Assembly (NCBI GenBank): GCA_002773135.1
Contig: PFCB01000023.1
Location: 1,018 to 65,017, forward strand
From: Candidatus Magasanikbacteria bacterium CG10_big_fil_rev_8_21_14_0_10_47_10
Lineage (GTDB): Bacteria > Patescibacteriota > Patescibacteriia > Magasanikbacterales > UBA922
Length of the DNA: 64,000 nt
Reading direction: 5' to 3'
The notes under the pieces: model-generated
Seen by the model: the letters and a program-made list of their open reading frames with translations, nothing else
Databases searched by the model: none
What the model was told of the DNA's origin: nothing
Shown: positions 31,762 to 40,242 of the stretch, piece after piece
Layout: each line of letters begins with the position of its first letter
Position numbering within the stretch: position 1 is the first letter of the stretch
Program-made: the position numbers and the translations under genes

Positions 31762-32682
31762 ATGCATCGCCCATCCATTGCAATTATTGGCGCAGGCGCG
31801 GTAGGCTCTACCATCGCCTACGCGCTCACGATAAAAAACCTCGCGGCAGAGGTCATGCTTATTGATGTCAACGAAAAAAAAGAAGAGGGCGAAGTTATGG
31901 ACATTTCTGATGCCATGTGTTTTGTTGAAACGGGTTGTGTTACCAACGGCAATTTCAGAGATGCGCGTGGCGCGGATATTATTATTATCACCGCAGGCGT
32001 CTCACAAAAACCCGGGGATACCCGCCTTGATCTGCTGACAAAAAACGCAAACATCGTGCGATCCGTTTTCAAGGGAATTGGTCGCCTAAAAAAGACTGCC
32101 ATTATCATCATTGTCACCAATCCTGTTGACGTAATCACCTATCTCGCGCAAACAATATCCGGCCTGCCCCACAATCAAGTATTTGGGAGCGGAACCACGC
32201 TTGATACGGCCAGGCTGCGCAAGCATGTGGGGGAAACACTGGGAGTCAGCAGCCAAAATGTTCATGGATATGTTATGGGAGAACACGGAAACAGCCAATT
32301 CGTCGCTTGGAGTTCCCTCACCGTGGGCGGCATGTCCGCTGCACACATCAAAAAGTTATCCGCGCCAACAAAGAACGTAATAGAAAAAAAGGTACAGATG
32401 GGTGCTTACGATATTATTGAAAGAAAAGGCGCAACGTACTATGGCATAGGGCTGACAGTTACAGACATTGTGGAGGCCATTATATACAACCAGTACAAGA
32501 TACTACCGGTCAGCGCGCGCCTGACACGCTGGAACGGAGTCTCGGATATTTGTCTTGGCGTTCCAGCCATTATTGCCGAATCAGGAATTCAAGGACAGTG
32601 GCCGATGTCTCTTCCAAGTGCGGAAAAAAAGAAACTATGGTCCTCAGCCGAAACAATCCGTGACCATATCAAAGCCTTATGA
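31762..32682 (+). CDS. ldh: L-lactate dehydrogenase (LDH/MDH family)
   Basis: GAGAVG, GVSQKPGDTRLDL (Gln specificity residue), LDTAR, GEHG, KGATYYGIG. Confidence 0.88.
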   Translation: MHRPSIAIIGAGAVGSTIAYALTIKNLAAEVMLIDVNEKKEEGEVMDISDAMCFVETGCVTNGNFRDARGADIIIITAGVSQKPGDTRLDLLTKNANIVRSVFKGIGRLKKTAIIIIVTNPVDVITYLAQTISGLPHNQVFGSGTTLDTARLRKHVGETLGVSSQNVHGYVMGEHGNSQFVAWSSLTVGGMSAAHIKKLSAPTKNVIEKKVQMGAYDIIERKGATYYGIGLTVTDIVEAIIYNQYKILPVSARLTRWNGVSDICLGVPAIIAESGIQGQWPMSLPSAEKKKLWSSAETIRDHIKAL

Positions 32683-33605
32683 AACAGCGACTGACTGTCC
32701 CCCTTGCTGTCGCTCTCCTTATTGTATTGGGTGCCGGCTGCGGTAGCCCGAAGGATAGCGACAACGCACAGCCACAGATGCCGGAGAATCAACCTATTGA
32801 TAATGAAACAGTTATTGAAGGGTCGGTACAGCAACTCTCCTATATTTACTGCGTACAGAACGGTCATCAAACCACCTTGGAATATTCCAACCAAAAACGG
32901 GCGTATGTTCTATACTGCGCGTTTCCGGATGGCTCCCGCTGCGACGCAAGTGCGTTTCAAAACAAAGAATGTACCGATGAAACAGCGGAAATGCCCGTTG
33001 ATTTTATTGCCGTCAACAGAACAACGGTGGGGCTTATCAGCGGACCACGGTCATGCCCGCCTGTCGCAAATCCCGTATGCGGATCCGACGGACGAACATA
33101 TACGAATGCGTGCACAGCGCAACAGCGACATATCGATATTCTTGCCGAAGGATCGTGTACAAATTTACCCGATATCACCCTGCCCAATGTCGAGCGATAC
33201 CGAGGTTCTATACGCGTGAGCCCCCCCGAGGAACTTTCGACAACCCAAACAACAGACACAGCTCCTGTCACGACGCCCCCTCAAAACACGACGGAAAAAA
33301 CCACCCCGACAAATCAACCGCCAAAAAGTGAACCACCGTCAAAGCTGGCGCAAGCAGGCCTGCCGGACTGGCTCAGTATTCCTATTTCACTTCTGGACGA
33401 AAGCAATACCTCCGCGCGCGCGACGATTGAGGAATGCCGGATAGATGGAAATATCTACTATGTTCAAATAGAAAATAATGATTTTTCCATTCTCTATGAT
33501 GCAACGGGGAGCCTGATTTGCTACCCGTCCAATGATATAGACAGCTCCTGCCCCAGGGGCTTCACGTTGGCTACCGGATCATGTACTGTGGTCTGGGAGA
33601 AATAG
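32679..33605 (+). CDS. Cys-rich lipoprotein with DUF333-like and Kazal-type domains
   Basis: GAGC lipobox; YCVQNG...YCAFPDGSRC; CPPVANPVCGSDGRTYTNAC; P/T linker. Confidence 0.8.
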   Translation: MKQRLTVPLAVALLIVLGAGCGSPKDSDNAQPQMPENQPIDNETVIEGSVQQLSYIYCVQNGHQTTLEYSNQKRAYVLYCAFPDGSRCDASAFQNKECTDETAEMPVDFIAVNRTTVGLISGPRSCPPVANPVCGSDGRTYTNACTAQQRHIDILAEGSCTNLPDITLPNVERYRGSIRVSPPEELSTTQTTDTAPVTTPPQNTTEKTTPTNQPPKSEPPSKLAQAGLPDWLSIPISLLDESNTSARATIEECRIDGNIYYVQIENNDFSILYDATGSLICYPSNDIDSSCPRGFTLATGSCTVVWEK

Positions 33606-33630
33606 CTATTTCCAAAACCGGCAAAAGGGA

Positions 33631-33659
33631 TTGACAAAATCCCTTTTTTTATATATCAT
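33631..33659 (+). promoter_or_regulatory. sigma70 promoter of rplA
   Basis: TTGACA-17 nt-TATCAT. Confidence 0.75.
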
Positions 33660-33677
33660 AGGGCACAGTACTTACTC

Positions 33678-33712
33678 AGTGGGACTCCAATCACTTGGGG
33701 GCTCGAACCACT
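33678..33712 (+). promoter_or_regulatory. Putative L1 autoregulatory leader
   Basis: AGTGG-GA...GAA-CCACT stem with internal loop just upstream of rplA ATG. Confidence 0.55.
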
Positions 33713-33727
33713 ACCATCCCAATTACT

Positions 33728-34408
33728 ATGGGCAAACGAATGGAAGACCTCAAGACCAAGGTCGATAAAACAAAGGTCTATTCCCTTGATGAGGCTATAG
33801 CCCTTGCCAAACAAACAAGCACGGTCAAATTTGATGCCGGTGTGGAAGTGCACGCGCGGCTGGGAATTGACACAAAAAAGACAGATCAGCAGGTTCGTTC
33901 CACAGCGGTTCTCCCACACGGCACAGGAAACACAAAGCGCATTGCCGCGTTTGTGGGACCAAACGATGAAGCGGCTGCCAAAGCCGGCGGTGCTGATCTG
34001 ATTTTCGGAGAAGAAGACATCAAAACGATAAAGGATACCGGAAAAATTGATTTTGATATCGCAGTGGCAACTCCGGAAATGATGCCAAAGCTGGCTGTCG
34101 CGGCAAAAGTACTCGGTCCAAAAGGACTGATGCCAAATCCAAAAACAGAAACAGTCAACAAAGATGTCAAAACAATGATTGAGTCGCTTAAAAAAGGTAA
34201 AGCGGCCTTCAAAACAGATGATACCGGAAACGTGCATCAGCTGGTTGGAAAAGTGAGCTTTGATGACGCTAAGCTCAAAGAAAATATTCTTGCCTTTATA
34301 GAGGCGCTGAAAAAGGCTAAACCGAGTGGAGTAAAGGGCATCTATATCAAAACCCTCTACCTCAGCAGCTCTATGGGGCCAAGCGTGAAGGTGGACACGA
34401 ATCTCTAA
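33728..34408 (+). CDS. rplA: 50S ribosomal protein L1
   Basis: [30 protein letters not shown]. Confidence 0.97.
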   Translation: MGKRMEDLKTKVDKTKVYSLDEAIALAKQTSTVKFDAGVEVHARLGIDTKKTDQQVRSTAVLPHGTGNTKRIAAFVGPNDEAAAKAGGADLIFGEEDIKTIKDTGKIDFDIAVATPEMMPKLAVAAKVLGPKGLMPNPKTETVNKDVKTMIESLKKGKAAFKTDDTGNVHQLVGKVSFDDAKLKENILAFIEALKKAKPSGVKGIYIKTLYLSSSMGPSVKVDTNL

Positions 34409-34415
34409 TCACCAC

Positions 34416-34443
34416 AAACCCCCCTTTCGCAAAGGGGGGTTTT
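34416..34443. terminator. Bidirectional terminator
   Basis: AAACCCCCCTTT-CGC-AAAGGGGGGTTTT. Confidence 0.8.
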
Positions 34444-34852
34444 ATTTGAATATGGCAGCGATACCGGCATCCAAATCTTCATCTGTTTGATATTCTTTGA
34501 GATCAATCCTCTTATCGCCCGTTATCATTGCCGATATCTGATACTCATCTTTTTTCAAGTACAGACAAACAATTCGTTTACCCATGTCAGCAGCTTTTGC
34601 GATAAGCACGCCAGCCCCATGGCTTGGAATACTCACCTCCGCGACAACAATGTCTGCTTGACCGAGACGCTGCAGCTCTCTTTCAAAAATTGCATCTTCC
34701 TCCAGCTCGGTTTCCCCATGCTTGGACATCTCTTGATCCGCCACATTGGGCGACAACACAGTCCCATAGTCAGCCAATCGCTGCGCTATGTATTTATATT
34801 GCGGTTGCATTCCTCTCCCCCCACGAATTGACCCGATAAAAAAAATATTCAT
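34442..34852 (-). CDS. DNPH1/RCL-like nucleotide N-hydrolase homolog (catalytic Glu apparently replaced)
   Basis: GSIRGGR, ADIVVAEVS.PS.G.G, ISAMITG. Confidence 0.8.
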   Translation of the reverse strand: MNIFFIGSIRGGRGMQPQYKYIAQRLADYGTVLSPNVADQEMSKHGETELEEDAIFERELQRLGQADIVVAEVSIPSHGAGVLIAKAADMGKRIVCLYLKKDEYQISAMITGDKRIDLKEYQTDEDLDAGIAAIFK

Positions 34853-34858
34853 ACGGCA

Positions 34859-35635
34859 TTATTTCCAAGCAAGTAAAAATAGTGTCTTCTGCATTTCATA
34901 AAACGGCCTGTCATCAATAAGCGTTACAATCGGTTCGCGCGCAGTAAAACGGGAGTACACGATCTTGCTGTTATACAAGCGCATATCAAAGTCATCTTGC
35001 CTGTCATCTTTCATGACACGGATCTCGGTAAGTCTGTCATGATCGTACTGCGCCGCGAGCACGTTCGCCGTCTCGTCATCCGGCACAAGTATTTTTTGGG
35101 CGATCCCTTTTTCAATTCTTTTTTCGTCAAATGCCTGACGCAAGGCTAGGCCGGGACGCTTCTTCCGGTTCGAAGGAACATACGCATACAAACAGTCTGC
35201 GCCTGAATCAAACACATCGTCAAGCGCGGCTTTATACTGCTCCAGTCCCTCAAAAAAACGAACGTCCGGTCGCCGGTCAGCCAATCGGTACACTTGGCGC
35301 AAAGAGGGAACAAGCGACTGAACGTCCGCAATGCGATCCGCAAATTCGCGCTGCCGCGCATCAAGCACATCATACAAGTGCTCCGGATTCTGTGCAATGT
35401 ACTCGGTGCGCCAGCCTTCTTTTACTGACAATACCAATCCTGCCTCCTGCAGATTGCGGAGCACATAATACAGCATGGTTCTGGGAAACGAACTACGCTT
35501 CTGAAGCTCCTGCACGGTCGCCTTGGGTCGCTTGAGCATGAGTAGATAGAGCCGTGTTTCATTCTCACCCAGGCCGATTGCCTCCAAAGCCCGCTGCTGT
35601 TTGGTTTTATGTTTTTTGCTTTCTGTGTGAGCCAT
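34859..35635 (-). CDS. TrmB-family HTH transcriptional regulator
   Basis: LEAIGLGENETRLY...PRTMLYYVLRNL...GLV wHTH; PDVRFFEG linker. Confidence 0.85.
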   Translation of the reverse strand: MAHTESKKHKTKQQRALEAIGLGENETRLYLLMLKRPKATVQELQKRSSFPRTMLYYVLRNLQEAGLVLSVKEGWRTEYIAQNPEHLYDVLDARQREFADRIADVQSLVPSLRQVYRLADRRPDVRFFEGLEQYKAALDDVFDSGADCLYAYVPSNRKKRPGLALRQAFDEKRIEKGIAQKILVPDDETANVLAAQYDHDRLTEIRVMKDDRQDDFDMRLYNSKIVYSRFTAREPIVTLIDDRPFYEMQKTLFLLAWK

Positions 35636-35802
35636 ATACCCGCCATGAAGATAAAAAAAGGAGTATGTAAAATGTACATTTACACTGTGCAAAAATCCTA
35701 ATCGACATCATCTTGCTTATAGTATACGATCAGCGTACCAACTCGGCGATAGGTTGTCAAATAGATACTGACAATTTATGCCGCAATGCGGAAGGAGAAA
35801 CC

Positions 35803-36363
35803 ATGAGCGAGAAGCTCGTGTTCCAGTTCAGCATCCACCCCACGGCCAAGGAGCTGGGAGCCCGGATGCCGGACAAGAAGCACACCGGCGACCCCCTGAC
35901 GGCCGATGCCGGCTGGGACGTCTACCCGATCGACCTGTCGCGGCTGGACCCGAAGTGGCCCGGCTTCCCGTACACCCTCCAGCCGGGCGAGGCCCTGGCC
36001 ATCCCCACCGGCCTGACCTTCGTGGCCCCCCGCGGCTGGTTCCCCGAGGTCGTGGCCAAGACCGGCCGCGCCCTGCAGGGCGCCGTGCCGGCGGCCATCG
36101 TCTTCGACTGGCAGTACCGGCCGGACCAAACCGATCCGGCCGGGTCGGTCTTCAGCGCGCGCAACGTCTCGAACAAGCCGGTCGAGATCCGCACCGGCAA
36201 GGCGTTCGCCCAGCTCATCCTGCGGCCGCTGTGCCCGGCCGTCGCGGTCGAGGTCGAGCACGGCCAGATCGACACCAACACCGACCGCGGCGGCAAGCGC
36301 TACGGCGGTGCCGATGGCGAGGATGGCGGCAACATCCTGGATCAGCACCTCACCAAGGGCTGA
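35803..36363 (+). CDS. Divergent trimeric dUTPase-like protein, very GC-rich
   Basis: DAGWDV, IPTGL, FDWQYR, FAQLI, TDRGG; AAGGAG SD at 35792-35797. Confidence 0.8.
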   Translation: MSEKLVFQFSIHPTAKELGARMPDKKHTGDPLTADAGWDVYPIDLSRLDPKWPGFPYTLQPGEALAIPTGLTFVAPRGWFPEVVAKTGRALQGAVPAAIVFDWQYRPDQTDPAGSVFSARNVSNKPVEIRTGKAFAQLILRPLCPAVAVEVEHGQIDTNTDRGGKRYGGADGEDGGNILDQHLTKG

Positions 36364-36369
36364 TCGTTC

Positions 36370-36493
36370 ACACGCGCCCATGCGTGTCGCTAAAACGGGG
36401 CTCTCGTAAGAGCCAAGGAGATCTGCCCACCCACGCGCACGCGTCGGTGGGCAAGGATCACAAGCGCATAATCGACTTTGTGTGCTTGTGCCC
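36370..36493 (+). ncRNA. Candidate structured RNA (four consecutive hairpins)
   Basis: Stems at 36370-87, 36399-414, 36424-53, 36459-90; G-U wobbles favour the + strand. Confidence 0.35.
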
Positions 36494-36572
36494 TAAAAGC
36501 CCCTCCCATTCTGAATATTGCTTCAAAACATGAAATAGCCCATACTGTATGATACATAAACGTGAGCCCCGT

Positions 36573-37190
36573 ATGGCACAAAAAATTCCTGACATTTTGA
36601 AATTTCTTCATCGAATAAATAAACTGAAGGACGTCACCCGTTTTAATACATCTCTTTCAGAGAATGGAGACACGGTTGCCGATCACTCCTGGCGTTTGGC
36701 ACTCATGGTCTTTCTTGTTGGTTCTGAACTTGAAATACCGGTTAACGTTTGCCGTGCCATGCAGCTTGCCCTTGTACACGATCTGGCCGAGCTTGAGACA
36801 GGCGACATAGACGCATACGACGCTATCGTGCAGGGGCTCGACAAAAGTGAAAAAAAGAAAAAAGAAGCCGCAGCGATGCAGGATATTCTCAAAGATATTT
36901 CTTTCGGTTCAAGCATTCACGCCCTGTGGGAGGAATATGAAGCACAAGAAAGTCCGGAGGCAAAATTTGTCCGCGCGCTCGACCGAATTGAAGCGTACCT
37001 GCATTTGGACAACGATAATACCGGTCTGTATGTACCGGAAGAATTTCACGGAGATTACGCCGATGACGCGGTGCAACGATTTGATGACGCGGTGAAACAC
37101 TTTCCGCCACTCAAACAAATTTTGGACCCGGTGAAAACAGAACTAAAGCAAAAATTCGACACACTCGGCGTGAAGTGGGTTGAGAAATAA
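36573..37190 (+). CDS. HD-domain phosphohydrolase (YfbR/HDDC2 5'-deoxynucleotidase-like)
   Basis: LKDVTR, VADHSWR, LVHDLAE..TGD, LWEEYE...PEAKFV..LD. Confidence 0.88.
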   Translation: MAQKIPDILKFLHRINKLKDVTRFNTSLSENGDTVADHSWRLALMVFLVGSELEIPVNVCRAMQLALVHDLAELETGDIDAYDAIVQGLDKSEKKKKEAAAMQDILKDISFGSSIHALWEEYEAQESPEAKFVRALDRIEAYLHLDNDNTGLYVPEEFHGDYADDAVQRFDDAVKHFPPLKQILDPVKTELKQKFDTLGVKWVEK

Positions 37191-37260
37191 AAAAACCCCC
37201 CGGATTCGCCTGACAAGCTAAGATTCTCGTTTCCCGAAAAGCCAGCTTGCCTGACGTAAC

Positions 37261-37276
37261 GCCTGCCGGCAGGCAG
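37261..37276. repeat. Palindrome GCCTGCCGGCAGGC within a terminator-like region
   Basis: Perfect 14-bp palindrome; same element as 2936-2951. Confidence 0.7.
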
Positions 37277-37433
37277 CGAAAACAGGAGGTATTTTTTGTT
37301 ACATATCTTTCCACGAACGCATCATGAAAACATGTGTAGCGGGCGACGGCGTGTGTACTCACATGCTCGTGTGCTATCACCGCCGCCCGATGTTGTGTGT
37401 CCTCCTTCCCCTTGTTGCCGTTGTGGAACCGTG

Positions 37434-37757
37434 TTATGCCGCCTGTTGTTCACGCCGCTTCACGGCTTCGATGGCGTACTCCACACTGTGCGCGCGGACA
37501 ACGTCCGTCCGCATGCCGCTGCAGTACAGCGCAAACCGACCCTTGCTCATGCGCATGAGCGTGAGAGTGCCATTACTGGCCATGTTGGCGTTGTGGATGA
37601 TCCAGTCACCCTGATGACCCACGTCGTACATGAGGGACTGATCACTGCCTCGCGGCGTGGTAAGCACCACCGCGAGCGCTGTCAATCCCGCCAACAGAGC
37701 GAGCGCGAGTGCCCCCAGTAGGGCGCACGCTTCGGGGCTGGTTACCACCACCGTCAC
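37434..37757 (-). CDS. Hypothetical TM-anchored protein, GC-rich
   Basis: N-terminal hydrophobic helix; GTGA overlap with the upstream ORF. Confidence 0.55.
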   Translation of the reverse strand: MTVVVTSPEACALLGALALALLAGLTALAVVLTTPRGSDQSLMYDVGHQGDWIIHNANMASNGTLTLMRMSKGRFALYCSGMRTDVVRAHSVEYAIEAVKRREQQAA

Positions 37758-38203
37758 ACCGCTTCTTCGGTGCTGCGGTCAGCGGCGTCGAACTCCGTCC
37801 AGTTACCGGGCGTGTAGCCCAGCAACCGATCCGCCCTGTCGATGGCCGGACGGATGTCCGTCTTCGGCATCGGCGGCCAGGGCAGCCCGTCCATGTCCAG
37901 CAGTGCCAGGAGAAACTCCCGCCCCGGCACGGGCTCGATCTGCTCACCCGTCTCACAGCGACGCGCCCTGTCGGGTCCGAGGATCTCCCAGCCCGCGTAC
38001 ATCTCCATGAGACGAACCTCGGGTGCCGGCGTCTGCGCCAACGAAATCGGCTGCCGCGCAGGCCGCTGCGCGTCGAGTACGCGTGGCCGGAAGCGTTCGA
38101 CACGCCGCATCTCCTTCCGCCTCTGCCTGCGGCTGTCCCAAATCCACAGCGCCAGCACAAACAGTGCCAAGGCTACCAGACCGATTTTGAATCGGTCACT
38201 CAT
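37754..38203 (-). CDS. Hypothetical TM-anchored protein, GC-rich
   Basis: Start MSDRFKIG, GGAGG SD, TM followed by an Arg-rich stretch. Confidence 0.65.
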   Translation of the reverse strand: MSDRFKIGLVALALFVLALWIWDSRRQRRKEMRRVERFRPRVLDAQRPARQPISLAQTPAPEVRLMEMYAGWEILGPDRARRCETGEQIEPVPGREFLLALLDMDGLPWPPMPKTDIRPAIDRADRLLGYTPGNWTEFDAADRSTEEAV

Positions 38204-38254
38204 CGACTTCCCTCCTGTCCGACTATATGTCGGACTGCCTGTTGAAGACCATGG

Positions 38255-38283
38255 ATAATACAGCTTCTGACCGATTTTGTCAA
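38255..38283 (-). promoter_or_regulatory. sigma70 promoter
   Basis: TTGACA-17 nt-TATTAT. Confidence 0.7.
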
Positions 38284-38454
38284 CGGATAAAAAAATCCCT
38301 CTTGTACAGGGATTTTTCTGGTTCTTCTTTCCACGATCATCATGAAAACAAGAACGAATGGTGGGGAATTCCGCGCGGTTCATGCCGAAATGTCCCCCAC
38401 CGTTCCTCATGCCATAAGCATGCTCCTTTGTCTGGACCCGAAGGTCGTTGTTGT

Positions 38455-38658
38455 TCAGGCAGTCGCCGGCGTGGACTCGGGCTTGGGGATGCCGACGGCT
38501 CCCCGCCCTCGGTCATCTCCGCGATCGAAACTGTCCTCCACGCACTCGCCGTCACGCCACAGGGTCGTCCTGCGGCTCGTCGCCGAGTACACTTCGAGAG
38601 TTGTTCCGTCCCGGTGCCTCAGAATGCCCGATCGCCTTCGACCCTTTTTGGGGTCCAT
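38455..38658 (-). CDS. Small hypothetical protein (67 aa), GC-rich
   Basis: MDPKKGRRRSG... preceded by GGAGGAG SD. Confidence 0.5.
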   Translation of the reverse strand: MDPKKGRRRSGILRHRDGTTLEVYSATSRRTTLWRDGECVEDSFDRGDDRGRGAVGIPKPESTPATA

Positions 38659-38784
38659 GTCTCTGCTCCTCCCTGCCCCGGCAGGGTGCTGTTGCAGACA
38701 CTCCAACCTATCACACAGTATACCATTTGTCAAGGCATGACGGAATTTGTTACACTGGTAACGCCTGCCTGTAATCAGATGCAT

Positions 38785-39270
38785 ATGCTGGAACACAAAC
38801 GCCCAAGCTGGGATGAATACTTTCTGGAAATTGCCAAAATTGTAGGCAAACGCTCCACCTGCGATCGCGGCCGCCTTGGCTGTGTGCTGGCACGTGAAAA
38901 CCAAATACTCGTAACCGGCTATGCCGGTTCTGCGCGAGGGCTCCCGCACTGTGATGAAGTCGGGCACCTGATGAAAACAATACGTCACGAAGACGGTCAT
39001 GAATCACAGCACTGTTTGCGCACGGCGCACGCGGAACAAAACGCGCTTATGCAGGCCGCGCGCATTGGTGTCCCTGTCGAGGGAGCCACTCTCTACTGCG
39101 GCATGACTCCCTGCCCGGCGTGCGCGAAAATGCTGGTAAACGCAGGTATACGACGCGTTGTCTGCGCCAAACGCTACCACGCGGGAGAAGAAAGCGAAGA
39201 AATTTTTCGCATCATCGGCATTGGCCTGCACTTTATAGAAGAGACGGTCGAACAATATTCAAATCAGTAA
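38785..39270 (+). CDS. dCMP deaminase (ComEB-like)
   Basis: RPSWDEYF, RSTCDR, HAEQNA, PCPAC; start trimmed from the longer ORF. Confidence 0.92.
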   Translation: MLEHKRPSWDEYFLEIAKIVGKRSTCDRGRLGCVLARENQILVTGYAGSARGLPHCDEVGHLMKTIRHEDGHESQHCLRTAHAEQNALMQAARIGVPVEGATLYCGMTPCPACAKMLVNAGIRRVVCAKRYHAGEESEEIFRIIGIGLHFIEETVEQYSNQ

Positions 39271-39277
39271 GCAGTAT

Positions 39278-39850
39278 ATGAAAATTGTTATCGGCCTGGT
39301 GGGACAACTGGCCAGCGGTAAGGGAACGGCTGCCGCTTATTTAAAAGAAAAACATGGTGCGAGCACGTACCGCTTTTCTTCAATTTTAAGAGACATAGCC
39401 GACCGACTGTATTTGGATCAAAGCCGTGGAAATTTGCAGCTTATTTCTCAGGTACTCCGCCAAAATATTCGTGAAGACCTCTTATCCGAAGTCATTGCCA
39501 AAGACGCGATGAACGACCCGCATGAGCTGGTTGTTATTGATGGAGTCCGCAGGCCCGATGACGTCAAACACCTTCGTACCATTCCCGGCTTTATCCTTGT
39601 CCACATTACTGCTGACGCTGAAAAGCGCTATGACCGGTTAATTAAACGAGGAGAAAACACAGATGACACACAAAAAACGTTTGAGCAATTCAAGGCAGAC
39701 CATGCTCGCGAGGCAGAACTAAAAATAAATGAAATAGCAACTCAGGCAAATGATACGCTTGATAATAACGGATCGCTTGAAGAACTGCACAAGCAGCTAG
39801 ACAAATTGATACAAAAATATGCTCATACAAATCAAACGACTCCATCCTGA
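39278..39850 (+). CDS. P-loop nucleoside-monophosphate kinase-like protein
   Basis: GLVGQLASGKGT, VIDGVR, NNGSLEEL; lies in the dTTP cluster. Confidence 0.75.
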   Translation: MKIVIGLVGQLASGKGTAAAYLKEKHGASTYRFSSILRDIADRLYLDQSRGNLQLISQVLRQNIREDLLSEVIAKDAMNDPHELVVIDGVRRPDDVKHLRTIPGFILVHITADAEKRYDRLIKRGENTDDTQKTFEQFKADHAREAELKINEIATQANDTLDNNGSLEELHKQLDKLIQKYAHTNQTTPS

Positions 39851-40241
39851 CGCAAAATTGCCTTCCTACGCGCATCCCGGTGACGTGGGGCTGGATATGT
39901 ATTCGCTCGAATCTTGCATACTGAAATCGAATGAATTCCGAATTTTCCCTGTTGGTTTTGCCTTGGAGTTTCCGGTTGGGTACGCCGCAATAGTAAAAGA
40001 TAAGGGAAGCTTTGGCGCCAGCGGTGTTCATACATTGGGCGGCGTTTTCGACGCCGGGTACCGCGGAGAATATAATGTGTGCCTTATCAACCTTTCAAAC
40101 ACATCATTCCCAATTGAAAAAGGACAAAAAATAGCCCAACTTGTAATCTATCCGGTCATTATTGCTGAGCTTGAGGAAGTGGAAACGCTCTCTAACAGTT
40201 CTCGCGGAGAGGGCAAGCACGGAAGTACCGGAAAATTTTAA
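39819..40241 (+). CDS. dut: dUTP diphosphatase
   Basis: DVGLD, GVFDAGYRGE, KIAQLV, RGEGKHGSTG. Confidence 0.93.
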   Translation: MLIQIKRLHPDAKLPSYAHPGDVGLDMYSLESCILKSNEFRIFPVGFALEFPVGYAAIVKDKGSFGASGVHTLGGVFDAGYRGEYNVCLINLSNTSFPIEKGQKIAQLVIYPVIIAELEEVETLSNSSRGEGKHGSTGKF

Positions 40242-40242
40242 T

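Noticed and set aside
35776-36533. Long alternative ORFs over the GC-rich dUTPase
   Set aside because: Shadow ORFs expected from high GC3; only the 35803 frame has motifs and an SD
38227-38784. N-terminal extension/fusion on dCMP deaminase
   Set aside because: Crosses a promoter, a terminator-like hairpin and an antisense ORF; family similarity starts at RPSWDEYF
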